From IMG/VR virus record IMGVR_UViG_3300005336_000020: a stretch of 64,000 nucleotides of DNA. One strand, given 5' to 3'. The stretch comes from an uncultured virus (IMG/VR IMGVR_UViG_3300005336_000020) (taxonomy: Duplodnaviria; Heunggongvirae; Uroviricota; Caudoviricetes). A program made the translations under genes and the position numbers. Position 1 is the first letter of the stretch, and the number at the start of each line of letters is the position of its first letter. The notes under the pieces were generated by a model that was not told the origin of the DNA, ran no database searches, and worked only from the letters and a program-made list of their open reading frames with translations. Positions 28,503 to 38,346 of the stretch are shown here, in pieces.

Positions 28503-30000
28503 GGCCGCCGACCGGCGCCGGGTAGTTGTCGATCCACTTCAGGCCGCCACGGTCCAGGTGCTCCTGGGCCCGGGTGACCGCCACGTAGTGGATCATGGCC
28601 TCGTGCCGGTCGATGACCCCCGGCTCCATCTCCTGCGTGAGCGGGTTCTCGAACGGCTCCGGCTCGAAGAAGTCGTCGCCGATCTGGACCCTCTTCCACT
28701 CCAGACCCTTGATCGAGTGGCACGTGGTGACCGCGACGTCGTGCGGCTCGTTGTACCGGGCCATGCGGTTGCACGCGGCGATCAGGTCGCTGATTCCGTA
28801 CACGTTGATCAGCTTCACGATCGCCTTCAGGTGGCCGCCGCCGGGCTCCTTGGTGTACTCGACCAGCTCGGCCCAGTTGTCGAAGGCGCTCAGCTCCAGG
28901 CTCCGCGCCTTCTTGCCCGCCATCAGGTCGCGAGCCGCGTAGGCGATGTCCAGGATCTGCTTGGTGCCCTTGACCATGGCGACCCGCTTGCCCGCCTTCA
29001 GGTAGCTGATCGCGTAGGTCATGGCGCCCGCGTTGGTCCGGGTGAGGACGACGTTCGGGTCCTCCATGTCGTCCTCGGTCACCAGGTCGGAGATCGAGGA
29101 AAGGCCCTTGATCGTGACACCGGTCTCGGTGTGGGGCAGGTGCTTCATCGCCTCCTCGGCGACGCCGTCACCGAAGCGGAAGGACTGCGTGAGGTACAGG
29201 CGCGGGGCGTCGTACTTCATGATCTGGTCGGAGGCGCCACGCCAGGCGTACAGGGACTGCGCCGGGTCGCCGATGAGGATGCCCTGGGCGTGCTTCTGGT
29301 TCGCCAGGAACTTCATCGTGGCGTCGTTGCTGTCCTGCGCCTCGTCGATGAGGACGATGCCGTAGCCGTAGTCCTTGCCGCTCTCGGCGACCAGCTTGAA
29401 GGCGTGGTTCATCGTGAAGCGGAGCTGCGAGTTCGGCATGATCGACTGCTTCCACAGGGCCCATGCGAGCCTTGCGATGAAGGAGCGGGCCGCCGCCATG
29501 GCCGCCTCGCCGGGACCGGCGATCGGAATGTACACGTCCTTCTCGGTGATCTGGACGTGGTCCGAGTTGCAGAACCGCTCGATCGTGTCGGAGGCGAGCC
29601 GGGCCTGGGTGAACCCGTCGAGGACCAGCTTGTCGCCGAAGTCCTTCGGGGTCAGGTCCAGCTTCTTGGCGACCTCCTTGGCGGGAACCGCCGGGGCGTC
29701 GATCGCCATGCGGTCCTTGTGCGTGTTGGCGTACGCGCGCCAGGCGAGCTGGCTGGTGGTCCGGACGTCGAACCAGGTGACGCCCGCCCGCTTGAACTTC
29801 GCCTCCGCTTCCTTCCGCGCCTGCGTGTTGTAGACCAAGTAGAGGCCCTTGAGGCCCTGGTTGACCAGCGTGGACCGCATCGCCACCGCGATGCCGAGCG
29901 CCGTGGCGCTCTTGCCCGAACCGGCCGGGGCCACGAGGGAGAAGTTCTCGCCCTTCAGGGCGAGGTCGATCGCGGCCTGCTGTTCGTCCGTGAACTTCAC
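28486..30000 (-). CDS. UvrD/SF1-like helicase
   Basis: APAGSGKS, LIDEAQD, GDPAQSLYAWRGA, LTQSFRFG, HSIKGLEW and YVAVTRA. Confidence 0.92.
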   Translation of the reverse strand: MKFTDEQQAAIDLALKGENFSLVAPAGSGKSATALGIAVAMRSTLVNQGLKGLYLVYNTQARKEAEAKFKRAGVTWFDVRTTSQLAWRAYANTHKDRMAIDAPAVPAKEVAKKLDLTPKDFGDKLVLDGFTQARLASDTIERFCNSDHVQITEKDVYIPIAGPGEAAMAAARSFIARLAWALWKQSIMPNSQLRFTMNHAFKLVAESGKDYGYGIVLIDEAQDSNDATMKFLANQKHAQGILIGDPAQSLYAWRGASDQIMKYDAPRLYLTQSFRFGDGVAEEAMKHLPHTETGVTIKGLSSISDLVTEDDMEDPNVVLTRTNAGAMTYAISYLKAGKRVAMVKGTKQILDIAYAARDLMAGKKARSLELSAFDNWAELVEYTKEPGGGHLKAIVKLINVYGISDLIAACNRMARYNEPHDVAVTTCHSIKGLEWKRVQIGDDFFEPEPFENPLTQEMEPGVIDRHEAMIHYVAVTRAQEHLDRGGLKWIDNYPAPVGGHALGK

Positions 30001-30287
30001 GCCTTCTCCGTTTCCGTTTCTGCATCTCCTGGGCCCGGAACGAAATCGCCGGGCCACATCTCGAAGAACTCGGCGAGTTGATCGAGTTCCTTCGCATCCC
30101 ACGTACCCGCCTGGATCTTCCTCGGCAGGTACGCTTCAGAGACTCCGAGGTGCGTTGCCAGCGCCTTCAGTTTCTCCGAGTACACCCTGCGGACCGTGCT
30201 GCCAGCCAGTCGATCTCGGTCCTCGCTGACCATGATGGCCAGCAGATTCTCGACGGTCCGGCTGATGGTCGCGCCTGTGCTGAGCAT
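29997..30287 (-). CDS. XRE-like HTH DNA-binding protein
   Basis: KALATHLGVSEAYLPRKI...W...ELDQLAEFF. Confidence 0.6.
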   Translation of the reverse strand: MLSTGATISRTVENLLAIMVSEDRDRLAGSTVRRVYSEKLKALATHLGVSEAYLPRKIQAGTWDAKELDQLAEFFEMWPGDFVPGPGDAETETEKA

Positions 30288-30364
30288 TCGGTACCTCCTC
30301 GTGAACTGGTCACTCAAAGATACCGGCGTTTTCCCTACTTCTGCGATTCTATCACCAGAAGGGG

Positions 30365-30901
30365 TCAACTTCCAAGCAGGGAACCGAGATACGATCCCAG
30401 GGTCATCGCCGAACCGTTGATCACCACGGGGTAGTTCGAGAGACCGGCGTCCTCGGCGTCGTTCAGGAGCCGTTCCTTGTGCGCCTTGACCTTGGCGACG
30501 GACGCCTCGGCCACGATCGCGTCGACCCGGTCCTTCTTCTTGCGCTCGATGAGCTGCCGGGCTTCCTGCTGCTTCGGCGAGACGGGACGGCCGACCATCT
30601 GAAGGACACGGCCCTCCGGCTCCGGCTCGGCGACCGGTTCCTCCGGGGGCGGCGCGTCCTGCACCGGCCGGATGCCCTCGACGACGACTTGCCGGACCGG
30701 CTCGGGCTCGGGCTCGGGCATGGGGGGCGGTGCGTCTTCGGCGACGGGCACCGTGAGGGCGAAGGCCGCCTCCTTGCCATCGCGGATGAACGCCTCGACG
30801 ACCTCGGCCACGGCGACGTAGTCGGCCGGGCTCGGCTGCATCGGAGCCATGAGCGTGGCCGCAGCCTGAGCAGCGGCAGCACGGATTTCCTGGTCGTTCA
30901 C
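30365..30901 (-). CDS. Hypothetical Pro/Glu-rich protein
   Basis: GGAG RBS, GTG start. Confidence 0.55.
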   Translation of the reverse strand: MNDQEIRAAAAQAAATLMAPMQPSPADYVAVAEVVEAFIRDGKEAAFALTVPVAEDAPPPMPEPEPEPVRQVVVEGIRPVQDAPPPEEPVAEPEPEGRVLQMVGRPVSPKQQEARQLIERKKKDRVDAIVAEASVAKVKAHKERLLNDAEDAGLSNYPVVINGSAMTLGSYLGSLLGS

Positions 30902-30923
30902 TTCTTCTCCCTTCCAGGCCCCG

Positions 30924-31049
30924 CTACTTCCAGCGGGGCCACTCCTGGTAGATCGCGAGATGGCCCAGGATGAACAGGACCGAGAAGATGGCTGCCGCCA
31001 CAACGGCGAACGTCAGCTCCTTCGCGGCCTGCCTGAGAAATGCCTTCAC
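30924..31049 (-). CDS. Small membrane peptide (41 aa)
   Basis: VKAFLRQAAKELTFAVVAAAIFSVLFILG; overlaps the upstream stop. Confidence 0.4.
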   Translation of the reverse strand: MKAFLRQAAKELTFAVVAAAIFSVLFILGHLAIYQEWPRWK

Positions 31050-31240
31050 TGCTGGTACATCCGCTTCACATCGCGGATGTCATCCAACCGGTAGCGGATT
31101 CCCTGGGCGGTCCGGACCGGCTGAATCAGGTTCTGGGCCAGGATCCGCCGGGCTCGGCGCTCCTTCACGCCCATGCGCGCGGCGGCCTCGGTGATGTCGA
31201 CCAGGGGATCCGAGGAGATGCTGTTCGTCATGGCGATCAC
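31046..31240 (-). CDS. Excisionase/MerR-like HTH protein
   Basis: VDITEAAARMGVKERRARRI...IRYRLDDI. Confidence 0.6.
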   Translation of the reverse strand: MIAMTNSISSDPLVDITEAAARMGVKERRARRILAQNLIQPVRTAQGIRYRLDDIRDVKRMYQQ

Positions 31241-31440
31241 TCTGCCACGTTTTCCGGCTCCGCGCCCAGGAGAGAATCGAGTCCCTTCAGGGTCAGAATC
31301 CTCACCACATCGACGTCATACGGAACGCCCATGGTCTGCTTGGCCTTGGCGAGTCGCTTCTTCTCGCTCTCCGTCCACCGTACGACGGTGCGCTGTTCGC
31401 GCTTTTCCGGCCCCTGCTCGGACTTCTTCCGCCCGGCCAT
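31237..31440 (-). CDS. Small ribbon-helix-helix-like DNA-binding protein
   Basis: RTVVRWTESEKKRL...DVVRIL. Confidence 0.45.
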   Translation of the reverse strand: MAGRKKSEQGPEKREQRTVVRWTESEKKRLAKAKQTMGVPYDVDVVRILTLKGLDSLLGAEPENVAE

Positions 31441-31676
31441 CAGGTGTAGTCGATTCCGGAGACGGCCCGGCTGCCGGGACCGGAGGCCGTGGCGTCACCG
31501 GTGTTCTTCACGGTGATCTTCTGGCCACGGCGCGGCGGCGGCCCGGAGTATCCGGTGACCGCCGTGCCGCCGTCGGCCTCGGTGGCGTTGCCGGTGTTCT
31601 CGACCGTCAGGGCCCCTCGATCGCCGAAGCGCCCGACGTGTCGCATGACGCTCCAGAGTCCGTCTATGGCTCCCAT
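31440..31676 (-). CDS. Small Gly/Thr-rich repeat protein
   Basis: Two copies of TV(E/K)NTG(N/D)AT...G..AV(T/S)G. Confidence 0.5.
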   Translation of the reverse strand: MGAIDGLWSVMRHVGRFGDRGALTVENTGNATEADGGTAVTGYSGPPPRRGQKITVKNTGDATASGPGSRAVSGIDYT

Positions 31677-31729
31677 GAACTTCCCTTCCGTTCGGGTAAG
31701 TTCAGTCTATGGCAGCCATGCCAGGTGCG

Positions 31730-32155
31730 TCAATCCGCGTCGCGGTACTGCTGGCCGGGAGAGGACATGAGGGCGAAGACGACGGCCACCCCGGCTATCG
31801 CCAGATGCACCAGGTCGAACGTCAGGAAGGCGGTGACAGCGCTCAGCCCCGCCACGATCCACATGCCGATGTACAGGCGGTAGTCGTGGATCTTGTGCTC
31901 GACCACCTCCTGCGCCACGTACGGCGACTCCTGCTGGATGCGGGTCGTCAGCTCGTAGTCCATCTCCCGGGCGCGGACGATCGCCTCCGGGCCGTACGGA
32001 GCGGTCTCCTCGGGCGGCATCGGCGCCATGCGCTCCTGCTGGCCGGGCACCACGCGGGGCCGGAAGTCCGCCGTGGGCAGCTCATCCTGGGCGCGCGTGT
32101 ACGCCAGAGTCCGGCGCGTCGTCGTGCCGTAGACCTCGTCCTTCTCGTACGTCAC
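31730..32155 (-). CDS. Membrane protein (2 C-terminal TM)
   Basis: Hydrophobic C-terminus; start uncertain. Confidence 0.5.
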   Translation of the reverse strand: MTYEKDEVYGTTTRRTLAYTRAQDELPTADFRPRVVPGQQERMAPMPPEETAPYGPEAIVRAREMDYELTTRIQQESPYVAQEVVEHKIHDYRLYIGMWIVAGLSAVTAFLTFDLVHLAIAGVAVVFALMSSPGQQYRDAD

Positions 32156-32254
32156 CGGAATCGCATCACCTTTCCCTCCACTTCCGCTTTCATTGTGCGC
32201 CAGATACAGGCCATTCGCCAAGAGCGGAAAAGCCCGGCCAGAGGCCGGGCTTCC

Positions 32255-32968
32255 CTACATGCTGAGCAGGACCAGGAGTGCGTTCGAGGCCATCGCCACC
32301 CCGATCGCAGGGCCCTTCTCTGCGGCCGACCCGGAGGAGACGGTGCCCCCCAGGAGTCGGATGTTCCACCAGCGCTTGCCCTGGATGGTCAGCGGCCAGA
32401 AGGCCGGGACTCCGGCCGTCGTGCATCCGTCAGCCACCACGTGACTCGCGTATCCGCCGGTCACGGCCAGGGCCATCAGCCAGGGATCCAGGTAGATCAC
32501 CGATCCGACGGCCGCGATGGCGGCGGCCAGGACGACCAGGCCGATCGTCTTCCGGTACAGCGGCCAGAGCATGAACACCCCGAGCGCCGCCACGGCCCCG
32601 CAGGCGATGGGCGAGATCATCGTCAGGATGTAGGCCAGGGCTCCCACGGCCACCGAGACGAGCAGAGTGTGCGTCAGGGTCCGGTGGTAGGGGTCCTGGC
32701 CGCGAGCCTTCCGGAAGGTCAAGTAGCTCCTGTCGCGGCCGAGCGCCGTGCTCTTCACGACCGTTTTGCACAGGCTGTGGACAGCCTTGTGGACAGGCTT
32801 GCCGAGGGCCTTCGTGGCGCAGGCGTTGGGGTGGTCGAGGTCCGGCATCAGGGCGAAGCCAGCCGAGACCGCCGCCATGACCGCGCCCTGAAGGATGCTG
32901 ACGTGCTGGGTGATCACGAGACCTGCCGGTGCCGAGGCTCCGATCGCCGCGTGCACCGACCCCTTCAC
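32255..32968 (-). CDS. YdjM-like membrane metal-dependent hydrolase
   Basis: H..G, PDLDHP, HRTLTH and SHVVADGCTTAGVP motifs. Confidence 0.85.
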   Translation of the reverse strand: MKGSVHAAIGASAPAGLVITQHVSILQGAVMAAVSAGFALMPDLDHPNACATKALGKPVHKAVHSLCKTVVKSTALGRDRSYLTFRKARGQDPYHRTLTHTLLVSVAVGALAYILTMISPIACGAVAALGVFMLWPLYRKTIGLVVLAAAIAAVGSVIYLDPWLMALAVTGGYASHVVADGCTTAGVPAFWPLTIQGKRWWNIRLLGGTVSSGSAAEKGPAIGVAMASNALLVLLSM

Positions 32969-33294
32969 TGGATCGCCTTGATGTTCAGCACTCGGCGGTC
33001 GTGCCGGGCGTTGGCGGTGAAGGTCTCGATGCTCACCCACTCGCCGCTGTCGTAGGTGCCCTGCCAGGTGAAGTCCTGGAGGGAGTTCGGCGCGTCGAGG
33101 ATCGTGTCGTCGTCGGCGGGGCCCCGCGTCAGGTTGATCTCCATGCGGTCGATCTGGAGCTTGTCGGTCGACAGCGGGAGATCCAGCATGTCGTCCCAGG
33201 CCAGTTCGATCGCCACCTTCTTGGCGTGGCTGAGCGGCTTCAGCAGCTCCACCTCGATCGTGAGGACGCCCGCACGCTTGCTCTTCTTGGTCAT
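32965..33294 (-). CDS. Hypothetical protein
   Basis: Coupled ORF with RBS. Confidence 0.55.
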   Translation of the reverse strand: MTKKSKRAGVLTIEVELLKPLSHAKKVAIELAWDDMLDLPLSTDKLQIDRMEINLTRGPADDDTILDAPNSLQDFTWQGTYDSGEWVSIETFTANARHDRRVLNIKAIQ

Positions 33295-33366
33295 GCCCTT
33301 CTTCCTTTCCGGGATGCGTTGGCGGGCGGCCGGTTCGCACCAGCCGCCCGCCGGGGTTCTTCCGCG

Positions 33367-33858
33367 TCAGCTCATCTGCCGGGCGATGAGCAGGTAGTTG
33401 TCGATGTCGGACCGGGAGTCGTCGAAGACGAAGGCCGCCTCGGTGACCTCCTCGATCGACTTGCCCTGCTTGGCGAGCTTCACCAGCTCGACCCGCTCCT
33501 GCGCCATCTCCATGATCACGGCCTCGGTGACCGACATCTTGGTGGCCGGGTCCTGGCCGCGCTCCAGCGCGTCGTCGTACAGCTTCTCCCAGGCCGGGAG
33601 CTTCTTGCGGTAGTACGCCTGCATCAGGCTGACGAACCAGGGGGACCGGTTGCGGCTCTCCGCGAGCAGCAGCTCGGCCAGCTTGCGGTCGACCTTCTGC
33701 TCGGTGATCGCGCCCTCGATCCGAAGCGTCGCCTCGAAGCCCTTCACGGCCAGGGCGATGGCCGTTTCCCGGTCGATGCCGAACGCTTCCATCGACTCGC
33801 GGAGCAGGCTGTCGGGGGTCGGGAACTCCTGTGCCACGTTCTTCTCCGTTTCCGTCAC
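33367..33858 (-). CDS. Hypothetical protein
   Basis: Good codon bias, coupled. Confidence 0.55.
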   Translation of the reverse strand: MTETEKNVAQEFPTPDSLLRESMEAFGIDRETAIALAVKGFEATLRIEGAITEQKVDRKLAELLLAESRNRSPWFVSLMQAYYRKKLPAWEKLYDDALERGQDPATKMSVTEAVIMEMAQERVELVKLAKQGKSIEEVTEAAFVFDDSRSDIDNYLLIARQMS

Positions 33859-34151
33859 TTCTCGCTGTCGCCGGACTCGGTCACCCGGCGCTCTTCGTCT
33901 TCCCTGAAGGCCAGCTCGCAGAGGGTGTAGTCACCGATTCCGAGGTGACCTCCTCCGGGCCGCTCGATCTGGGCGTACACCCGCAGCCGGTTGCCGCCCT
34001 CCTTGTACTCGGCGTCGATCACCTGCTCCAGAGCCGACTTCAGGCTCGGCGCCTCCAGGGTGATCTCGTCGTGCTCCAGGCCGATGACCCTGGTCGGGTC
34101 ACCCACGAGGGGCCTCGTTCTGCGCCAGACGCGCACGGTGTGTTCCGCCAT
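33855..34151 (-). CDS. Hypothetical protein
   Basis: Coupled to the NlpC/P60 stop. Confidence 0.5.
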   Translation of the reverse strand: MAEHTVRVWRRTRPLVGDPTRVIGLEHDEITLEAPSLKSALEQVIDAEYKEGGNRLRVYAQIERPGGGHLGIGDYTLCELAFREDEERRVTESGDSEK

Positions 34152-34750
34152 CAGGCCACCCTCGTTGCTCCGAAGTAGTCGCTCATGTAGTGCACGTCGT
34201 TCACGCGGATCAGCGTTCCCGTGCGGGGTGCGTGCAGCATCTTCCCGCCGCCGATGTAGATGCCGACGTGATGGATCGAGCGCGAGTTCCCTTTCTGGCC
34301 GAAGAAGACCAGGTCACCCGGCTTCAGCTCGTTCCAGGAAGGGTGCACGTCAGTCGTGTTGTACTGGTCGTTCGCGACCCGGGGGATCGAGATCCCCGCC
34401 TTCGCGTACGCCGCCTGCGTGAGACCCGAGCAGTCGAACCGGCCGCCCTGCGCGGCCGTACCGGTGCCGCCCCAGAGGTAGGGGACTCCGATCTTCGTAC
34501 GGGCGTACTCGATGGCCGTGGCCGCCGCGTTCCCGGACCTGGAGCTGGACACCTTCGAGTCCTGCTCCTGCCGCTTCGCCTCCTTGGCCCGCTGCTCCGG
34601 CGAATACCAGTTGATCTTCTCGATCTCGGGGTTGTGGTTCGCCGTGGCGTTCGAGATCGGGGCCGCGTTCAAGGCGGCACAGGACGACGTGACGGGCACG
34701 AGCAGCGCCACGGAGGCGACTGCCAAGGCCGCTCGCTGGGTCCGGTTCAC
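34151..34750 (-). CDS. Secreted NlpC/P60 (C40) peptidoglycan peptidase
   Basis: GVPYLWGG...FDCSGL...PGDLVFF...HVGIYIGGGKMLHAP; signal-like N-terminus. Confidence 0.92.
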   Translation of the reverse strand: MNRTQRAALAVASVALLVPVTSSCAALNAAPISNATANHNPEIEKINWYSPEQRAKEAKRQEQDSKVSSSRSGNAAATAIEYARTKIGVPYLWGGTGTAAQGGRFDCSGLTQAAYAKAGISIPRVANDQYNTTDVHPSWNELKPGDLVFFGQKGNSRSIHHVGIYIGGGKMLHAPRTGTLIRVNDVHYMSDYFGATRVA

Positions 34751-35382
34751 TGCTCGTACTTCCTCGTCTTCTGCTCGATCATCTTCACGTAGGTGTAGGT
34801 CTCGCACTTGGCGAAGGAACACGGCGGGACGCCGTTGTACTGCTTCACCCGAAAGCCGCCCGCGTTGTATCCGGCGAGCATGTTCTTCCAGGTGGGGCCA
34901 GGTATGCCCTTCAGTCCCTTCGCCAGCTTGCAGTCCAGGGACGCGGCGGACGGAATGGCGTCATCGGGGTCGTACTTGTTCCGCTTGCCGTCACCGTCCG
35001 CATCGATCCCCTCCGTGGCCCAGGTGCCGTCGATGAACTGGGCCATCCCCTTGGCGGATGCCGGGGAGTCCAGTCGGCCGTCGATGACCTCGGGCTTGAA
35101 CCCCATGCTCTCCTGGTCGAGTTGGGCCGCCAGAAGGGCCGGGGTGAGCGTCGGGCAGAGGTTGCCCCACTTGTTGATCAGGTCTTCCCAGCGCTTCTTC
35201 GGCACCGATCCGGGCTTGATCGGGGCAGAGGTGCCCGTGAACTTGTAGTCCGCGTCGGCCTTCTGCTTCGGGGGTGCCACGACGGACGCGGCAGACGGGA
35301 CAGCCGGAATGAAACCGGTGACGGCCTGAACCGCACCCACCGCGAAAAAGATGCCGACGAATGCTCCGCCTGCTCTGCGCAT
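34747..35382 (-). CDS. Lytic transglycosylase (SLT domain)
   Basis: AQLDQES, SPASAKGMAQF, AGYNAG and ETYTYV motifs; N-terminal TM. Confidence 0.88.
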   Translation of the reverse strand: MRRAGGAFVGIFFAVGAVQAVTGFIPAVPSAASVVAPPKQKADADYKFTGTSAPIKPGSVPKKRWEDLINKWGNLCPTLTPALLAAQLDQESMGFKPEVIDGRLDSPASAKGMAQFIDGTWATEGIDADGDGKRNKYDPDDAIPSAASLDCKLAKGLKGIPGPTWKNMLAGYNAGGFRVKQYNGVPPCSFAKCETYTYVKMIEQKTRKYEQ

Positions 35383-35407
35383 CACGTTCCTCCCTTCTCC
35401 GGGCTCC

Positions 35408-35437
35408 ACTCTAACATTGACCTAGGCCAGTCAACAA
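35408..35437 (-). promoter_or_regulatory. Promoter (-10 TAGAGT) with GGCCTAGGTC palindrome in the spacer
   Basis: Minus strand reads TTGTTGACTGGCCTAGGTCAATGTTAGAGT. Confidence 0.55.
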
Positions 35438-35467
35438 GCCAAACCTGTACTGGAGTTGAAACGCAGA

Positions 35468-35496
35468 ACGGCCGGACCCCGAGGAGTCCGGCCGTT
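35468..35496. terminator. Intrinsic terminator hairpin
   Basis: AACGGCCGGAC...GTCCGGCCGTT stem downstream of 35510-36088. Confidence 0.55.
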
Positions 35497-35509
35497 CGAA
35501 CCGCCCACC

Positions 35510-36088
35510 TCAGTGGAACGGGCTCTGCATGAGCTGCGGGATCCAGTTGCCGATCTGGAGCGTGATCTCGGCCCAGGTGCCGCCGCCGAGCGGGAAGAAG
35601 AACCCGCAGATGGCGCCGTACATCAGGTCCTGCTTGTCGTCATCCTTGTTCCGCATCGCGAGGAACCCGAGGAAGAGGCAGATGCCACCGGCTCCGATGT
35701 CGGACAGGATCGGCCAGTCGGCCAGCGCCATGACGAGCCCCTGGAACCACCCGACCATGTCGACGACGAATCCACCGGTCGAGCTGACGATCGACGTCAT
35801 GGCCCACATTCCCACGAGGAATGTCATTGCGGACCGCCAGTCGAACCCTTCGCTCGGACCTCCGTGGACCTTCGTCATCATGCGGCTGGTCGGCTGCTCC
35901 ACAGCCTTCGTCATCAGAGCCTTGGTCAGACCTCCCCAGAGGAACATCTGCTGGCCCTTCTTGTTCCCCTTGATGCAGAGGAACGAGAGCACCAGCAGGA
36001 TGATTCCGAAGCCCGCCATCGTGGTGTGACCGATCCACGAGTTCTCCGGAACGTCGATCTGCTGCTGCTGCGTGATCGCCAGAATCAC
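35510..36088 (-). CDS. Multi-pass membrane protein
   Basis: 4-5 hydrophobic segments. Confidence 0.65.
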   Translation of the reverse strand: MILAITQQQQIDVPENSWIGHTTMAGFGIILLVLSFLCIKGNKKGQQMFLWGGLTKALMTKAVEQPTSRMMTKVHGGPSEGFDWRSAMTFLVGMWAMTSIVSSTGGFVVDMVGWFQGLVMALADWPILSDIGAGGICLFLGFLAMRNKDDDKQDLMYGAICGFFFPLGGGTWAEITLQIGNWIPQLMQSPFH

Positions 36089-36322
36089 TTTTCCCTCACC
36101 TTCCCTGTGGGGCCGCCCTCCAGCGACCCCACAGATTCACCGGCCGGGACCGGCGGGCTTCAGTACCGGCAGCCCGTCGAGGTCGTCGTCCTTCTGGAAC
36201 ACGACTCGTCCCCTTTCCAAGCGGCTCGTTCGTCCGCTTCGTACCTTCGGCCGGATGCGAACCGACTTCCGGCCGGGATGAACCCGGCCGGGCTGCCACA
36301 CGGCAGCGAAGGCCCTCGTGCA

Positions 36323-37285
36323 TCACCAGGCGGCGCCCGGTGCGTAGAGCAGGATCCCCGTGACGATCGACGCCAGCGGGATCATGAGCACGGCGTGGAA
36401 GATGCCCGGCCCCATGCTCTGGGACTTCTCGCGCTCCTCCTCCGACATGGCCGACCGCTCGCGGTTGAGCCGTTCGATCCGGTCGAAGACCCACATGGTC
36501 GCGTAGAACGCCATGCAGAACAGACCGGCGACCCAGAACTGCCACATCTGGAAGGTCCACGGCGAGCCGAAGATCGCCGTCACCTCGTCGGGGTACGAGA
36601 CCCCCACGAAGAACAGGACCGGAACCAGCCAGGCCGAACGCGTCAGCCACTTGATGCTGAAGGCGACCATCCGCCCCCGGTACGTGCTCTGGGCCAGGTA
36701 TCCGGCGACCTGGTTCCGGGTGAACATCAGGATCATGGGGGTGAGCCCCATGATCGCCGCCCAGATCAGGCTGCCGAGCCGGTCCGACTCGTACGCCATG
36801 CCGATCGTGTCCCTGAACCACCTGCCAGGGCCGTTCAGGATTCCCCATCCGGTGGTCGAGGTGCCGAAGCGGATTCGCTCGTACAGAGCGGTCAGAATCT
36901 GCGGTCCGACAGCCCACGACATCACCGAGGAGATCATGAACGAAGTGACGTACGGCCGGGTCTTTCCATTGGCCGGGTCCAGTCCGTTCTTGATGGCGGC
37001 GGCTGCCGCCTGAACGGGCTTCATCACTTCGGCCGCGAGCTTCTTCTCCTCTGCGGCCTTTTCCTTGACAGGGGCCAGGATCTTCTCAGCCTCCTGGCGT
37101 ACCTTTTCCTTCTTCTCTTCCGCCTTGCCCTGACTCTCGGTCCACCGGGTGGTGGCCGAACCGAGCTTCCCCTTCAGTGCCTTGAGGTCGCCCTTCAGGG
37201 TCCGTGGCGGCTTCCGCTTCTGACCCTTGAGGTGCACAGTAGGGGCCTTAGTCGGCTTCGGCGGAATGGCTGCCTTCGTCGCCAC
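36323..37285 (-). CDS. Multi-pass membrane protein with basic N-terminus (Spd-like?)
   Basis: Lys-rich N-terminus followed by about 5 TM segments; divergent from the GntR gene. Confidence 0.65.
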   Translation of the reverse strand: MATKAAIPPKPTKAPTVHLKGQKRKPPRTLKGDLKALKGKLGSATTRWTESQGKAEEKKEKVRQEAEKILAPVKEKAAEEKKLAAEVMKPVQAAAAAIKNGLDPANGKTRPYVTSFMISSVMSWAVGPQILTALYERIRFGTSTTGWGILNGPGRWFRDTIGMAYESDRLGSLIWAAIMGLTPMILMFTRNQVAGYLAQSTYRGRMVAFSIKWLTRSAWLVPVLFFVGVSYPDEVTAIFGSPWTFQMWQFWVAGLFCMAFYATMWVFDRIERLNRERSAMSEEEREKSQSMGPGIFHAVLMIPLASIVTGILLYAPGAAW

Positions 37286-37300
37286 GTCTCTCCTTCCGTG

Positions 37301-37465
37301 TTACGGCTTTCCATCGGAAGCGAGTCCGATGTTGGCCTCTACGGTTGCCTCCAATCGAGCGATATCCTGGTTGGCAGCGAAGTCAGAAAGCTGCCCGAGA
37401 GAAGCCTCCGGCACGTGCTGATCCTGCGGCACAACCGGCTCCTGAACCTCCCTGTTACCTTCCAT
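37301..37465 (-). CDS. Small hypothetical protein
   Basis: MEGNREVQ..., GAGG RBS. Confidence 0.4.
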   Translation of the reverse strand: MEGNREVQEPVVPQDQHVPEASLGQLSDFAANQDIARLEATVEANIGLASDGKP

Positions 37466-37552
37466 GTCGCCCTCTCTTCGGTCCCTGCTGGCGTTGTGGA
37501 GTCCAGCATGACACAATACGGCCTAGGCCACAAGCGTAAGCGAGGAGAGAAA

Positions 37553-38287
37553 GTGAGCGAGCAGATTCCCAAGTACCGTGCCATTGCGGCACATTACCGA
37601 TCCAGGGTCACCTCCGAAGAGCTGGAGCCCGGAACGCCGCTGGAGTCCCGACGGAAGCTGGCGAAGCTCCACAAGACGTCGCGCGTCACCATCGACAAGG
37701 TGGTGGAACTCCTGACGGCCGAAGGGATCCTGGAGCCGTCGGACGGGAACCGGCCGCCGATCGTGGCGGACATCTCGGGGCGCACCGCGACCGTCCAGGA
37801 CCGCGTCGGCAACTACGCGACCAGCGGACGGGCTCTCGGAGCGCGGGAGACGTCGGAGATCCTGAAGGTCGGGATGGTTCCGTGCCCGGTCGACATCGCA
37901 CCGCTGCTCGGAGTCAAGCCCGGTGACGGGGTGCTCTACCGAGAGCGGCTGAACAAGATCGATGACAAACCCGTCGCGACGGGTCACTCCTACTACCCGC
38001 CGGAGGTGGCCGAGGTGACCCCGGAGCTGGCCGTGGCGGACGCGACGCCTCGTGGGTCGCGCGAGCTGGCATCCGAACGAATGGGCTCCCCGCAGAAGGA
38101 TCTCATTCCCGTGATCACCTCGCGGCTGGCCACCGACCGCGAGCGTGAGCTGCTGGGACTGAAGGGCGCGTACGCCATCGTGACGCAGACGAACCGGCGC
38201 GTCCTCCTGGCCAACGGCAAGACGGTCGAGGTCGCGGTGAAGATCTGCGAGGGCAACCGTCCGGTCTCGTTCCACGTTCCCCTCTGA
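37553..38287 (+). CDS. GntR/HutC-family regulator with UTRA domain (KorSA/TraR-like)
   Basis: PKYRAIAAHYRSRV..EELEPGTPLESRRKLAKLHKTSRVTIDKVVELLTAEG wHTH plus UTRA-like C-terminus. Confidence 0.88.
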   Translation: MSEQIPKYRAIAAHYRSRVTSEELEPGTPLESRRKLAKLHKTSRVTIDKVVELLTAEGILEPSDGNRPPIVADISGRTATVQDRVGNYATSGRALGARETSEILKVGMVPCPVDIAPLLGVKPGDGVLYRERLNKIDDKPVATGHSYYPPEVAEVTPELAVADATPRGSRELASERMGSPQKDLIPVITSRLATDRERELLGLKGAYAIVTQTNRRVLLANGKTVEVAVKICEGNRPVSFHVPL

Positions 38288-38307
38288 GGGACCGTGCGGA
38301 CGCCGAG

Positions 38308-38346
38308 AGCCCCCGTCGCAACGAGGCGACGGGGGCTTCCGCGTTT
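38308..38346. terminator. Bidirectional terminator between convergent genes
   Basis: AGCCCCCGTCGC/GCGACGGGGGCT stem. Confidence 0.65.

Noticed and set aside
35456..37552. 943-aa ORF extension upstream of GntR
   Set aside because: Antisense to real membrane-protein genes; the GntR domain begins at GTG 37553 after GAGGAG.
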